A DNA stretch of 64,000 nt from Phycisphaeraceae bacterium (GTDB taxonomy: Bacteria; Planctomycetota; Phycisphaerae; Phycisphaerales; Phycisphaeraceae), in contig OY771506.1 of assembly GCA_963674705.1 (NCBI GenBank), forward strand, positions 576,001-640,000, read 5' to 3'. Both the position numbers and the translations under genes were made by a program. Each line of letters opens with the position of its first letter. Position 1 is the first letter of the stretch. The notes beneath the pieces are model-generated. The model did no database searches and was not told where the DNA came from. It worked only from the letters and a program-made list of their open reading frames with translations. Below are positions 1 to 10,841 of the stretch, piece after piece.

Positions 1-252
1 CCAAGTTTGACGATCACACATCTCTAATCACCACATAACCGTGTCGGTGATTTGACAAAGTTGTTCTGAGCAACATCTCACGGAGTACCGCAATCCGCGG
101 CGGCGCTTGACAAGGCCATGGAAGCACTACTTATTGCCGAAAGACAAGCCAAAGAAGTGCTACAAGCTGATAGCCGGTGCTGTGCCACTCAGGCCCATGC
201 ATGCGGCGTGCATTCGCTCAGAGAGTAATAATCCCGCTTCGCGAGATGTTGG

Positions 253-1452
253 CTAACGTCGCTTGGTGATCAATAAAACACCCAGAACACTCAGGCTCAA
301 CATCGCGGGCTCGGGGACTGTTACGCTGCTGGAAGCCGGCAGGCTGGCGTTCCAGTTATTCAGTATCACGTCCAGGTCTTCCAGGCCGACGTACCCGTCT
401 CCGATGCCGGCCAAGTCACCCTGGCTCTTGTCGCCCACCGGGACGCTCTGATTCCAATTCGTTAACAACACATCGAGGTCATCGAGGCCGACGAATCCAT
501 CACCGTTGACGTCGCCTTCGAGTGTCGGATCTACCGGTGCGTGTTCGGCCTGATCGGCAAAGGTGGTCAAAGGATGGAAGTCGATCCCACCGATATCCGT
601 GCCGTGGTATGCATCTAGCGCATCTGCCATATTTAACAGGTCATCGAAAGTGAGGAACGTTTCGCCTGGGCCGATGGCGTTAGATTCCAAGCCGATGCGA
701 ACTTCACCGTTGAAGTTGTCGATCTCCCACTGGACGCCACTGTTGATGTGGCTGAGTGTCGAGCGTTCGTACGCCATCATGCTGATGCCGTCGAGAGACA
801 GAGCGATGTCGGTGAACCACTGGTCGCGTTCGCCGACGTTCCAAGCGATGCTGGAAGAGCTGTCGAACCAGACGGGCAGGTCGGCATAAATCTCGATCTG
901 CGTCTGGCCGTTCGTATCCAGCAGGTCCCGCACATCGGCGTAGGTATCACGCAACAGCAGCAGCAGATCACGCCTGTCAGTATCCGTACCGTTCTTCCAC
1001 GCGGTTAGGGCGTGCGGCTCGATGTCCAGATGCACCGCGTCGATCCATTCGCTGGTATCAACTCGGCTGAGGTTATAGTTGATGAGTCTGCTCTGGATAA
1101 GGTTCAGCAGGCTGTTACGAGCAGAGCCTTCATAAATCCAAGTCGCTTCGCCTAACAGCATTTGGGATTGGATACCGGCTGCGTCCAGGCCGGCGTTCCA
1201 GTGGGCAACACGCTCGGGATCGGTGGTGGGCCAGGTACCGAGGCTGGTGTAGATGCGATCAAAACCCCAGAGTTCGAAGTCGTTAATCAGGGCTGCTTCG
1301 GCCTCATTATCGCCAACGATGTTGTACGCACCATACGGATGTCCCGAAGACGACCACATCCAAGCGGATCGGTGCTCCTGGGCATGGGCGGACTGCAGAC
1401 AAGCCAACCCGAGAGCGATCGACGCGATACATAAACAATTTTTAACAAACAT
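253..1452 (-). CDS. Secreted TIM-barrel glycoside-hydrolase-like protein with dockerin-like repeat and PEP-CTERM tail
   Basis: Signal peptide, HLDIEPH motif shared with 25610 and 26696, GDVNGDGFVGLDDLD repeats, C-terminal VPEP-TM-KRR. Start moved to ATG 1452. Confidence 0.7.
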   Translation of the reverse strand: MFVKNCLCIASIALGLACLQSAHAQEHRSAWMWSSSGHPYGAYNIVGDNEAEAALINDFELWGFDRIYTSLGTWPTTDPERVAHWNAGLDAAGIQSQMLLGEATWIYEGSARNSLLNLIQSRLINYNLSRVDTSEWIDAVHLDIEPHALTAWKNGTDTDRRDLLLLLRDTYADVRDLLDTNGQTQIEIYADLPVWFDSSSSIAWNVGERDQWFTDIALSLDGISMMAYERSTLSHINSGVQWEIDNFNGEVRIGLESNAIGPGETFLTFDDLLNMADALDAYHGTDIGGIDFHPLTTFADQAEHAPVDPTLEGDVNGDGFVGLDDLDVLLTNWNQSVPVGDKSQGDLAGIGDGYVGLEDLDVILNNWNASLPASSSVTVPEPAMLSLSVLGVLLITKRR

Positions 1453-1566
1453 TTTATAACTCCAACATCCTGTAGACATACCTAGACCCCGGTACCATAT
1501 TCTAGCCGACTAATACGGAAATACAATTATTTTTTCATTTTTAAAGAAAATAAGGGTACGCGGATT

Positions 1567-2448
1567 CTAGCCTTTATCCCCACTAAGAAGCAGGCCTTTG
1601 ACCAGGAACCGCTGGGCCGCCAGAAACAGCAGTACGAGCGGCGCCAGAGCCACTACCGAGGCGGCCAGGAGTTGGTTGATCCAGGAGCCCTCCAAGGTGT
1701 TATACATCTGCAGGCCGAGGCTGATCGGGTAGCTCTCGAAGTCGGAGAGGTAGATCAGCGGCCGCATGAATTCCTTCCAATGGCCGATGAACGCCAGCAC
1801 ACCAACAGTCATCAGTACGGGCTTGGCGTTGGGCAGAAAGACCGACCAGAAGATGCGCCATTCGGACGCCCCATCGATCCGAGCCGCCTCCTCCATACCA
1901 CGCGGAATGCCTTTGAAGAATTGCCGGAACAGGAAGATGAAGAAAGCAGCGCCTCCTAACCACTCCGGCACGATCAAAGGCTTATAGGTATTGATCCAGC
2001 CCAGATACTTGAATTCCAGATATCGCGGGATCAACAGCACGGGTAGCGGCAGCATCATCGTCGCCAGCAACAGGATGAACCAGATATCCCGCCCTTTCCA
2101 CTTTAATCGTGCGAACGCATAGCCCACCATCGCAGCGCTTAATACCTGTCCCGTAACCGCGGAGAAACAGATCACCACCGTGTTCAAGATAAACCGGAAA
2201 AACGGCAGCTTGTTCATCGCTTTGCTGTAGTTCGACCATTGTGGGTCTTCGATCCACAGCGTAGGAAAGTCGTATACCTCTTTAAGCGGTCGCACCGAAC
2301 CGACAAGCGCCCAGATGATCGGGAACAGAAAGATCAAAGACAGACCGATCAACAGGCTGTACATCAACGCCTGCCAGAGCATTCGCTTGAGCGGACGTCG
2401 GCTGCCGGGAGTCAGCATCCGTGCCGGTGATGGCGTGATAGCACTCAT
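1567..2448 (-). CDS. Carbohydrate ABC transporter permease (MalG-like)
   Basis: EEAARIDGASEWRIF EAA loop and TM segments. Start overlaps the upstream stop (ATGA). Confidence 0.9.
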   Translation of the reverse strand: MSAITPSPARMLTPGSRRPLKRMLWQALMYSLLIGLSLIFLFPIIWALVGSVRPLKEVYDFPTLWIEDPQWSNYSKAMNKLPFFRFILNTVVICFSAVTGQVLSAAMVGYAFARLKWKGRDIWFILLLATMMLPLPVLLIPRYLEFKYLGWINTYKPLIVPEWLGGAAFFIFLFRQFFKGIPRGMEEAARIDGASEWRIFWSVFLPNAKPVLMTVGVLAFIGHWKEFMRPLIYLSDFESYPISLGLQMYNTLEGSWINQLLAASVVALAPLVLLFLAAQRFLVKGLLLSGDKG

Positions 2449-3419
2449 GCCGCATCCCCTTCGTAGTAAACCCACATCTTGGATGAACGCAGGATGACTA
2501 GCGTGAACGCCATGATGATGACGAACAGAATCCACGCCAAGGCTGAAGCGTAACCGAGGTTAAACTGCTCGAATGCCTGTCGATAAAGATACAAAACGAA
2601 GAAGAGCGTGGAATTGTCGGGCCCGCCCTTGGTCATTATGTATGCTTCATTAAACACCTGGAAGCTGCCGATCACACCCATGACGAGGTTGAAGAAAATC
2701 GTCGGCGTAAGTTGCGGCACCGTCACATTAATGAACTTGCCCCATCGCCCCGCGCCGTCGATATCGGCTGCTTCATAAAGTTGATCGGGCACGTTCTGTA
2801 AGCCGGCAAGGAAAATCAGCATTGCCCCACCGACACCCCAGACCGCCATGATGATCAGTGACGGCTTGGACCAGGTGCTGTCATAAATCCAGGCCGGGGT
2901 TGACGCCGTCGGGTCCAGCACACCGATCGAGATCAATGCGCTGTAGAACGGCCGAATGACCATATTCATCAAGCCCGCATCCGGATTAAAAACGAACAAC
3001 CACATCATGATCGTTGCGATGCCGCCGATGACGTGAGGCATGTAAAAGACCGTACGGAACAGTGAAATGCCACGTAGCGATTGATTGAGCAACACCGCCA
3101 GCATCAACGCCACCGTCAGGCCCAACGGCACGCTGACGAAGCTGAACACCATCGTGTTCCATAGCGCGGTGTACACCAGGTCGTCGCCCTGTTCATCAAG
3201 CCGCAGGGCGCTGGTGAAGTTCTCTAACCCGACCCAGCGGATCTGGCTGAGGCTGATTCCGTTCCACTCGGTGAATGACAACAACAGAGACGCCACCATC
3301 GGGAACGCGATCAATAGAAAGAATCCGACCAGCCAAGGCGACGCAAATAGATAACCGGTCAGGCCGAAACGGTCGGCAAACCTGCGCCATGAGGTTGTCT
3401 TTCGTATCACATCGGGCAT
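2445..3419 (-). CDS. Carbohydrate ABC transporter permease (MalF-like)
   Basis: LYEAADIDGAGRWGKF EAA loop, GYLFASPWLVGF. Confidence 0.9.
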   Translation of the reverse strand: MPDVIRKTTSWRRFADRFGLTGYLFASPWLVGFFLLIAFPMVASLLLSFTEWNGISLSQIRWVGLENFTSALRLDEQGDDLVYTALWNTMVFSFVSVPLGLTVALMLAVLLNQSLRGISLFRTVFYMPHVIGGIATIMMWLFVFNPDAGLMNMVIRPFYSALISIGVLDPTASTPAWIYDSTWSKPSLIIMAVWGVGGAMLIFLAGLQNVPDQLYEAADIDGAGRWGKFINVTVPQLTPTIFFNLVMGVIGSFQVFNEAYIMTKGGPDNSTLFFVLYLYRQAFEQFNLGYASALAWILFVIIMAFTLVILRSSKMWVYYEGDAA

Positions 3420-3449
3420 AAACTTTGTGAATCCGTCCGGGTGCTAAGG

Positions 3450-4766
3450 TTATTGTACACCACGCTCGGTGATCGCATGAGCGATCCGCTCAATCGCCAG
3501 TTCATATGCCGCCTGTCTAAATGATACATCACGATCCTTCGCCCTGTCAGCCACCTTGCGGTAGTTGGCAATCATCCGTGTCGTCAGTTTTTCAATCACC
3601 TCCTCATGTGTCCAGTACAACTCCTGATGGTTTTGTACCCATTCGAAGTAACTGACTATCACACCGCCGGTGTTTGCCAAAATATCCGGCACAACACATA
3701 CCCCCTTGCGATGCAGAACTTCGTCGGCTTTATGAGTCGTCGGGCCGTTCGCGCCTTCGCAGATGATCTTTGCCTGGATGTCATTGACGTTGTTGATCGT
3801 GATACTGTCCTCAAGCGCGGCGGGGATAAGGAAGTCGCACCGTGTGGTCAGAACAAGGTCTCGGTCGATCGCCTTGGCGTTGGGGCAGCCCACGATGCTT
3901 CCGGTTCGCTGGGTATGAGCGATCAAGGCTTCGACATCGATTCCCGACAGGTTCAACAGGCCGCCATTGATATCGGATACCGCGATCACTTTGCAGCCGC
4001 GCCGATGCAGTTCATGGGCTGCGCCTTGGCCGACATTGCCGAAGCCTTGGATCACGGCGGTGCTGCGTTTCATGTCGATACCCATATCGCCGGCCACCTC
4101 ACCCAACGTGATGATGCAGCCGCGCCCGGTTGCTTCGGCCCGGCCTTCGCTGCCGCCCATGTCCAGGGGTTTGCCCGTGATCATGGCACGGCTGTACGTG
4201 CCGTCGGCCATGCGCCAGGCATCCAGCATCCATGCCATCTCACGCTGGCCCGTGTTCACATCCGGCGCGGGGATATCCGTGCTCGCGCCAACCAGCCCGT
4301 GCAGCATCAACGCAAAACGCTTGGTCAATCGCTCTTTCTCAGACCGGCTAAGTGACGGGTAATCCACCGCGATGCCGCCCTTCGCGCCGCCGAACGGCAC
4401 ACCGGCAACCGCCGTCTTGAGATACATCCAGAACGCCATCGCCTTCATCTCATCTTCGGTCACACTCGGGTGGAAACGCAAGCCACCTTTGTAAGGCCCG
4501 AGATCATCATTGAACTGCACGCGATAGGCTTTGAATATCCGCACCGTGCCGTCGTCCATCTCAAGCGACAGGCGAAACGCCACCGTCTTGTCCGGCGTGG
4601 TCATCCTATCCAGGACACCGCGGCCGGGATACTTCTCGTTGAGCTTCAAAGGCTCGGCAAACTTCAGGAACGTTGTCCTGGCACGATCAAAAACAGAATC
4701 AGCGAGCCCGGTCGTAGGTTCCTGGACCGGCGGGGTCATAGTCGTCGTCATCGGAGTACTCCACAA
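3450..4766 (-). CDS. gdhA: Glu/Leu/Phe/Val dehydrogenase (glutamate dehydrogenase)
   Basis: GPYKGGLRFHP, PFGGAKGG, DIPAPDVNT, QGFGNVG, EGANGP motifs. Confidence 0.9.
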   Translation of the reverse strand: MWSTPMTTTMTPPVQEPTTGLADSVFDRARTTFLKFAEPLKLNEKYPGRGVLDRMTTPDKTVAFRLSLEMDDGTVRIFKAYRVQFNDDLGPYKGGLRFHPSVTEDEMKAMAFWMYLKTAVAGVPFGGAKGGIAVDYPSLSRSEKERLTKRFALMLHGLVGASTDIPAPDVNTGQREMAWMLDAWRMADGTYSRAMITGKPLDMGGSEGRAEATGRGCIITLGEVAGDMGIDMKRSTAVIQGFGNVGQGAAHELHRRGCKVIAVSDINGGLLNLSGIDVEALIAHTQRTGSIVGCPNAKAIDRDLVLTTRCDFLIPAALEDSITINNVNDIQAKIICEGANGPTTHKADEVLHRKGVCVVPDILANTGGVIVSYFEWVQNHQELYWTHEEVIEKLTTRMIANYRKVADRAKDRDVSFRQAAYELAIERIAHAITERGVQ

Positions 4767-4778
4767 TAGTGGTGCGGA

Positions 4779-6032
4779 CTAAACCAGATTCACACAGGGA
4801 TGTTCACCATAGGTGATACTGACATACTTACCGTCGTTGAGGATAGAAAGCCGGCCCGCTTCCATGACCAGCTCGTTGATCGCGCTGTTGGCGGGGGTAG
4901 CGATGATGCCACGGTCATCGATCTGCTTGATGAGTTTCTGCCGATCGCTTAACGAAGAGGCGGCGCTGCAGCGGATCGCAGACAAGACATTCGCCTCGAT
5001 CGAGTCGTAGCCGTAGCCGACCGGTTTCATGCCTTCACCTTCGTAAGGTACGAGACGCATGTAGTCGGGATTAATGAAGCGGAACGCGGCTTCGCCGTCT
5101 TTCAGTGCTCCTTGGTCATAGCCTTGGCTGACGCCGCGGAACTGATCGTTATGCTTGAGGATCGTGCCGCAGTCGTCACCTTCGCCGTACAGGCAGATAC
5201 CCTGGTCGTTCGTGCCGGCCCCCTTGTCCGGGTAACCCAAGCCGTTCGCCACGTTCAACAACCCGCCGTTCTCGAATCGCACGCGCGCAGCCGACCACAT
5301 GTAGCCTTCCTTGCCGTTCGGGAACTTACCCTTCACGCCTTGCACCGAAATACCAGTCGGTTTAAGGCCCGAGATGAAGTAAACCAGATCGACGTAGTGG
5401 CAACCGATATACGTAAACGGGTCGGTGTTCTCGCAGGTGAACCAGTTCTGGAAGTTGGAGTAGCGATAGAACCATGGCTCGATCAGCCGGGCCTCACCAC
5501 ACTTGAATTCACCCAGCCGCCCTTGTCGGTACGCTCCACGCGCATCGAGGCTGCGGCGGTCGAATCGCTTGTGGTACTCCACACCAACAAACAAGCCCTT
5601 CTCGTATGCGAGCTTCTCGATCTCGACCGATTGCGTGTACTTCAGCACCAACGGCTTGACGGCCAGCACGTGCTGATCCGCCTTCAGCGCCGCCATGATC
5701 ACGTCGTAGTGAAAATGATCCGGCACCGCGACGATCACCATGTTGTTGGCGGGCATCGAAGCAATCACTTGCTTGTACAGATCCGGATGCATTTCGTTCG
5801 GATCGGTATCCAGCGAAGGAAACGCCTCGAAGCTTTGGCTCGGGAACGCATCGGCCAGCTTCGTTGCATCCGCCAACTCGCGCAACGGCGCGGAATTCAG
5901 CGCGCATATCTTGATATTGCCGATCTTACCCTGCCGCTGCATGTGGTAGATCGTGGGCAGGATCTGATCGTGCGTAATCATCCCCCCGCCGATGATCACG
6001 ACATCGATTTTGGATGCTTCAACTGCACTCAT
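4779..6032 (-). CDS. Gfo/Idh/MocA family oxidoreductase
   Basis: IIGGGMI Rossmann start, VPDHFH, VKPL, YHKRFD, GCHYVD. Confidence 0.85.
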   Translation of the reverse strand: MSAVEASKIDVVIIGGGMITHDQILPTIYHMQRQGKIGNIKICALNSAPLRELADATKLADAFPSQSFEAFPSLDTDPNEMHPDLYKQVIASMPANNMVIVAVPDHFHYDVIMAALKADQHVLAVKPLVLKYTQSVEIEKLAYEKGLFVGVEYHKRFDRRSLDARGAYRQGRLGEFKCGEARLIEPWFYRYSNFQNWFTCENTDPFTYIGCHYVDLVYFISGLKPTGISVQGVKGKFPNGKEGYMWSAARVRFENGGLLNVANGLGYPDKGAGTNDQGICLYGEGDDCGTILKHNDQFRGVSQGYDQGALKDGEAAFRFINPDYMRLVPYEGEGMKPVGYGYDSIEANVLSAIRCSAASSLSDRQKLIKQIDDRGIIATPANSAINELVMEAGRLSILNDGKYVSITYGEHPCVNLV

Positions 6033-7417
6033 TGAATCGCCTCCTCAAGGCTTTCTTCCAGGACGCCGATCGCTTCACGCAGTACATCCTCGGGTGTGAT
6101 CAGCGGCGGTGCAATCTTCACCGTCCCACCACCCGTGCCGACCGGGGCGAACATGAGTAAACCACGTTCAATACACCCGCGAACGATCGCTGTCGCCAGC
6201 GGCTTGTCCGGCTCCGTCGTCCCGGGCTTGACCATCTGTAGCGTCGCCACCGCGCCGACCGCATCCGCGGCGCCGATTGGCCCATCAAACTTTTCTTTCA
6301 GCCGGTTCAATTCAACCGCCAGAATCTCGCCGATCTTGCGTGCGTTTTCGACCATGTTTTCAGTACGGATCGATCGCACACTCGCCAGCGCCGCTGCGAC
6401 ACAGACGGGGTTGCCCGTGTGTGTGCTCGTCATCGAGCCGGGTGGGAACTGATCAAGCAACTGTGCCCGGCCGATCACCGCGCTCAGCGGCATCCCGCTG
6501 GAAATACCCTTGCCGCAGCAGATCAGATCGGTCTCGATGTCATAATGCTCGAACGCCCAGAACTTACCCGTCCGTCCGAAGCCCGCCTGCACTTCGTCAA
6601 AGGTCAGCACCACATCATTTGCATCACACCATTCGCGCAGCTTCTTCATGTAGGGCACGGGTGCGAGCTTAGCGCTACCGCCCTGGTACGTTTCCATCAT
6701 CACGCCGGCAACATTTTCCGGCTTAATGCCCGCCTGCTTCAACGAATCCAGGAACACATCGAAGCTCGTATCCGGCTGACGGAATCCGTCCGGGTAAGGC
6801 ACCTGCACCATCGCAGGATCAAGGTTGACGATCCATTCCTTCTGGCCAGGCCAGCCACCGGCCATCTGCGACCCCATCGTTCTACCGTGGAAGCCGTTCA
6901 CGAATGACACAATCACAATCTTGCTGTTACCGCCGGCCGTTTTGCCGTGCTGACGCATCAGCTTGATCGCGCACTCGGTCGCTTCCGAACCTGTCGTCAG
7001 CAGGAACACTTTTTCCAGGCCTTTCGGCGCAACTTTTACGAGTTCCTCGATCAGTTTCCCACGGATCTCGGACGGGAAGCAGTAGTTATGCATCAAACCA
7101 TGGTTGATCTGATCGAGTGCAGCCTGCTTGACTGCCGGGTGGCTGTGCCCGGCATTGGTCACCAGCACGCCGCTGGACCAGTCGATCCACTGATTGCCCC
7201 ACTTATCGTAAACACAGAACCCCTCGGCCCGGTCCCAGATCACCGGCGGCTGGCCACCCATGGATTGCGGCTCATGTTCGCGCAGCTTCTCCAGGATCGG
7301 GATCGACTCCGGCACAGGGATCGCCGTAACGATCTTGCGGTACTTGGTTTTGACAGGGGTGACTTCGCGGGGTTGAAGGGTAGTAGCGGTTGTCACGGGG
7401 CACTCTCCAAATTCCAT
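6029..7417 (-). CDS. Class-III PLP-dependent aminotransferase
   Basis: TTGSEATE, FHGRT, FDEVQAGFGRTG, CGKGISSG. Confidence 0.9.
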   Translation of the reverse strand: MEFGECPVTTATTLQPREVTPVKTKYRKIVTAIPVPESIPILEKLREHEPQSMGGQPPVIWDRAEGFCVYDKWGNQWIDWSSGVLVTNAGHSHPAVKQAALDQINHGLMHNYCFPSEIRGKLIEELVKVAPKGLEKVFLLTTGSEATECAIKLMRQHGKTAGGNSKIVIVSFVNGFHGRTMGSQMAGGWPGQKEWIVNLDPAMVQVPYPDGFRQPDTSFDVFLDSLKQAGIKPENVAGVMMETYQGGSAKLAPVPYMKKLREWCDANDVVLTFDEVQAGFGRTGKFWAFEHYDIETDLICCGKGISSGMPLSAVIGRAQLLDQFPPGSMTSTHTGNPVCVAAALASVRSIRTENMVENARKIGEILAVELNRLKEKFDGPIGAADAVGAVATLQMVKPGTTEPDKPLATAIVRGCIERGLLMFAPVGTGGGTVKIAPPLITPEDVLREAIGVLEESLEEAIQ

Positions 7418-7690
7418 AACTCTGGCCGCCCGGTATTTCGGGTGATGGCCTGTTGGTTATGGCTCTTTGAGTGCTGACCTTGCCGCCACGGTTGCCAGCG
7501 AGCCGTCTATTTAATAGTGTCGAGGCAAGCCTGTAGACTCAGCTTCGACGCCAATACTATATCACCCCGCTCGCGCCGATTCAAGCTTGCGAATAAATGG
7601 CAAGTTACGCAAAATGAGAGTTTTCCACCTAATGTTCGTCTTGTATAACTGAATTTATAATTATCACACCGAGCCACTTCGAGGTGTAAC

Positions 7691-8620
7691 TTGAGCATTA
7701 CCAACAATCCCGGATATATCGACCTGCAGGTTAACGGTTATGGCGGCGTCGATTACAACACCGATAACCTTACAGCACAACAACTGCGCCAATCCTGCGA
7801 AGCTCTGCAAAAAGACGGCGTTGACAAGATCCTGGCGACGATCATTACCGAAAAGATCGACGTCATGTCCGCACGTCTTGCGAAGCTGGTGGAATTGCGA
7901 CAAGAGGATAACCTGGTCGCCGAGACAATCGCCGGTTTCCACATCGAAGGCCCTTTTATCAATGAGCAAATAGGCTACCGGGGCGCTCATCCCGAAGACG
8001 CTATCTGCCCCGCACAACCCGACGCGATGAAGAAGCTACTCGACGCTGCCGGCGGCCTAACCCGCATCGTCACCCTCGCGCCCGAACGCGATCCGGGCCT
8101 GAAAACCACGCGTTTTTTAGCAGATCAGGGCATCACCGTCTCGGCCGGCCACTGCGATCCGTCAACCGATGAGTTAATCGCCGCGATCGACGCAGGCCTC
8201 GGGATGGTCACCCACCTGGGCAACGGCTGCCCCATGCAGATGCACCGCCACGACAACATCGTACAACGCGTCCTGAGCCTCTCAGACAGGCTCTGGATCG
8301 GTTTCATCGCCGACGGGGCACACATCCCCTTCCCCGCCTTGAGCAACTACCTGAAGCTTGCCGGGCCCGACCACGCCATCGTCGTCACCGACGCGATCGC
8401 CCCCGCCGGCATGGGCCCCGGCCGTTACTCGCTCGGCCGATGGGACCTGTTGATCGGCGAAGACATGGTCGCCTGGGCCCCGGATAAATCCCACCTCGTC
8501 GGCTCTGCCATCAACATGCCGCGCAGCACCGAAAACCTCCGCTCCGCGCTTGGCCTGAGCAACGATTTAATCGAACGTTTAACCCGCACCAATCCCGCCA
8601 AAGCAGTCGGCCTGAATTAA
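7691..8620 (+). CDS. nagA: N-acetylglucosamine-6-phosphate deacetylase family
   Basis: PGYIDLQVNG, HIEGPF, TLAPE, THLGN, IADGAH, VTDA. Confidence 0.85.
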   Translation: MSITNNPGYIDLQVNGYGGVDYNTDNLTAQQLRQSCEALQKDGVDKILATIITEKIDVMSARLAKLVELRQEDNLVAETIAGFHIEGPFINEQIGYRGAHPEDAICPAQPDAMKKLLDAAGGLTRIVTLAPERDPGLKTTRFLADQGITVSAGHCDPSTDELIAAIDAGLGMVTHLGNGCPMQMHRHDNIVQRVLSLSDRLWIGFIADGAHIPFPALSNYLKLAGPDHAIVVTDAIAPAGMGPGRYSLGRWDLLIGEDMVAWAPDKSHLVGSAINMPRSTENLRSALGLSNDLIERLTRTNPAKAVGLN

Positions 8621-8715
8621 AATCTAAAATCGTATCTAAAAAGTATGTGCTAACTCCCTCTCCCCCCGGGAGAGGGCCAGGCTGAGGGCCGTTTTTTATA
8701 TGCGCTTCTTGAAAT

Positions 8716-10638
8716 TCAATAAACCTTAAACTCCCAAAGCCCCGCCGTGCCTTCGATGATGGTTACCTTGAAGTAGCGTGCATTTACCGATTTAACATCC
8801 TTGTGCGGTGACTGGATACGCACATCTTCATGCCCGCAGTACGGCTGCCATGTTTCCCCATCGAGTGAGTATTCAAGTTTATACGCATGCCCGACGGTCG
8901 GCTTCACAAAGTAAAGCTCCGTCCGTTCGACCTCGCGCTGCTGCCCTAGGTCCAACTGGTACCAGGCCTCGCTGTCTTCTTCATCAGCCATCCATCGGCT
9001 ACCATTGGAATCATCAAGCGCATTCTTGGGATCAAATTCTTCCAAGCGGTTCAATCTCGGATCTGCGATCGGCGGGATCCACAAGTCGGGGCGGATCGAA
9101 GAGGCTTTACCAAGTTTGCCATGCGCCAGGTTTGGCGAATCGTAATCCGGGTCGTGACCTATAGCGCCAACACCTTCCAGCGTTAATTGAATAGGCTTGA
9201 TCGTGCCGTCCGGGTTGAAGTACATCCTGGCGGTAAGAACCTGCCGGTTTGTACCGCTTCGGCCGTACTCAAGATAGGCAAAGTACCACTGATTTGAACC
9301 ATCCGGTTTAAAGAAGTAACCGTGGCCCGGACCATAAATACCCAGTTCATGATTGGTCGTGGAAATAATATCCTGCTGCGGCGCTACCCACGGACCAAGC
9401 ACCGATTCACGGCTCATCATGTATGCGTATTGGTAGTTTTCGCTGCCGCCTAACGTGTAAAGGTAATAGTAAATCCCGTTTCGCTTGATGATGCACGGCC
9501 CCTCGGAGTAACCGCCGCGCTTCGTCTGGATCAATACAGGCTCGCCATCGAACCCGGTAAAGTCGGGCTTCAGCTTGGCGATATAGCGCTGCGACCATGT
9601 CATGTAATATGAGCCGTCATCATCAAGAAAGATATCCGCATCAATCGGATGTCCAACATTGATCGGGAAGTGCTGCCAGCCGGAGGTTCGGGTGATGTCT
9701 TTGCCATCCAGTGTCTTGAACGGGCCTTCGGGTGAGTCGCTGACTAATGCGGTGATACGGTTATCGAGCGTGGGGAACAGATAATACTTGCCATCTTTAT
9801 AAACAGATGTGCTCGGCGCCCAATACTTCGCATCGTAATCGGGCGTAAACAGCGAGCCTTCAAAGCTCCAGTTCAAAAAGTCTTTCGACTTCCACACAAC
9901 CGGCAAGCCTGCGGTGGATAAACCCTGACCCATCCCGTCGGTCGTGCAGTAGCAGTAAAAGACCCCGTCATACTCCACGATACTCGGATCGGCCACCATG
10001 TCTGGAATCAACGCATGTGCGAATACCGTTTGCGGAGGCGTGCGTTTGGTCTCATGAATGAGCTGGCCATCAAGGTAAGCGAGGACAGTGTTGCCCTTCA
10101 ATTCGATCATGATGTCATACCAGCGATCTGTCTCGATCCGCCCAGCCACGCGCCCGGAGGAAGTCCCCGGCGATTCAATCCCATGTTGCGTATTACCCCA
10201 CCCGCCGATATTCCACCAGGATTTTGAACGCCCGTCCGGCATGCCGAACAGAATAAGAAATCCTTCATCGCCACCAAGCTTGCGCGCCTTAAGTGTGAGT
10301 GTGTAATCGCTCCACGAAGGATCGCCGATCAATGCACGCGCATCGGTTTGATTGCTTGTCTGACGCAACGCGCCGTCAATTACTTTCCACTCGCCACGGG
10401 ATGTCCGCCAGTCTCCCATGCCATCCGTAAAATCGCTGGCAAAGAGTGTTCGGCCATCCTTGGTGACCTTGATGTCTTTGAACTCAGCCTGCGTCGCCCA
10501 CGTGCCGACGCCGATCATGCCGCTGATTCCATCCGCCGCTTCGGCTGTTTGCATGTACGAGTGAAGCACAACAGATATCACAACGACCCAGATCGCGAGC
10601 GGTGTTGATAGCCGAAGTGTGCCAAGATTTTTCATCAT
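8716..10638 (-). CDS. Secreted GH43 glycosidase with N-terminal lectin-like and C-terminal F5/8-type-C domains
   Basis: ADPSI, WAPS, IDADIFLDDDG, YSEGP, GPGHG, and a discoidin-like tail (WYQLDLG). Confidence 0.85.
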   Translation of the reverse strand: MMKNLGTLRLSTPLAIWVVVISVVLHSYMQTAEAADGISGMIGVGTWATQAEFKDIKVTKDGRTLFASDFTDGMGDWRTSRGEWKVIDGALRQTSNQTDARALIGDPSWSDYTLTLKARKLGGDEGFLILFGMPDGRSKSWWNIGGWGNTQHGIESPGTSSGRVAGRIETDRWYDIMIELKGNTVLAYLDGQLIHETKRTPPQTVFAHALIPDMVADPSIVEYDGVFYCYCTTDGMGQGLSTAGLPVVWKSKDFLNWSFEGSLFTPDYDAKYWAPSTSVYKDGKYYLFPTLDNRITALVSDSPEGPFKTLDGKDITRTSGWQHFPINVGHPIDADIFLDDDGSYYMTWSQRYIAKLKPDFTGFDGEPVLIQTKRGGYSEGPCIIKRNGIYYYLYTLGGSENYQYAYMMSRESVLGPWVAPQQDIISTTNHELGIYGPGHGYFFKPDGSNQWYFAYLEYGRSGTNRQVLTARMYFNPDGTIKPIQLTLEGVGAIGHDPDYDSPNLAHGKLGKASSIRPDLWIPPIADPRLNRLEEFDPKNALDDSNGSRWMADEEDSEAWYQLDLGQQREVERTELYFVKPTVGHAYKLEYSLDGETWQPYCGHEDVRIQSPHKDVKSVNARYFKVTIIEGTAGLWEFKVY

Positions 10639-10769
10639 GCCCTCTGATTCATATGAACAATGGATTCAGTTCCGACCCCCCGGATAGCTGAGCAAGGGAT
10701 TGTACGTACACCGTAGCGCCGAACCAAACCCATCAAGGGCAACAAGCTGCAAACTGTGATTACATGAAA

Positions 10770-10803
10770 ACGGTGCGGCCAGTCTTACGCTGAGCCGCAC
10801 CGT
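10770..10803 (-). terminator. Intrinsic terminator-like hairpin downstream of the SGNH gene
   Basis: ACGGTGCGGC...GCCGCACCGT inverted repeat, followed by TTT on the minus strand. Confidence 0.55.
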
Positions 10804-10841
10804 GTCATTGAAGTCATTGTTATGAACCAGCAACTACAGGG

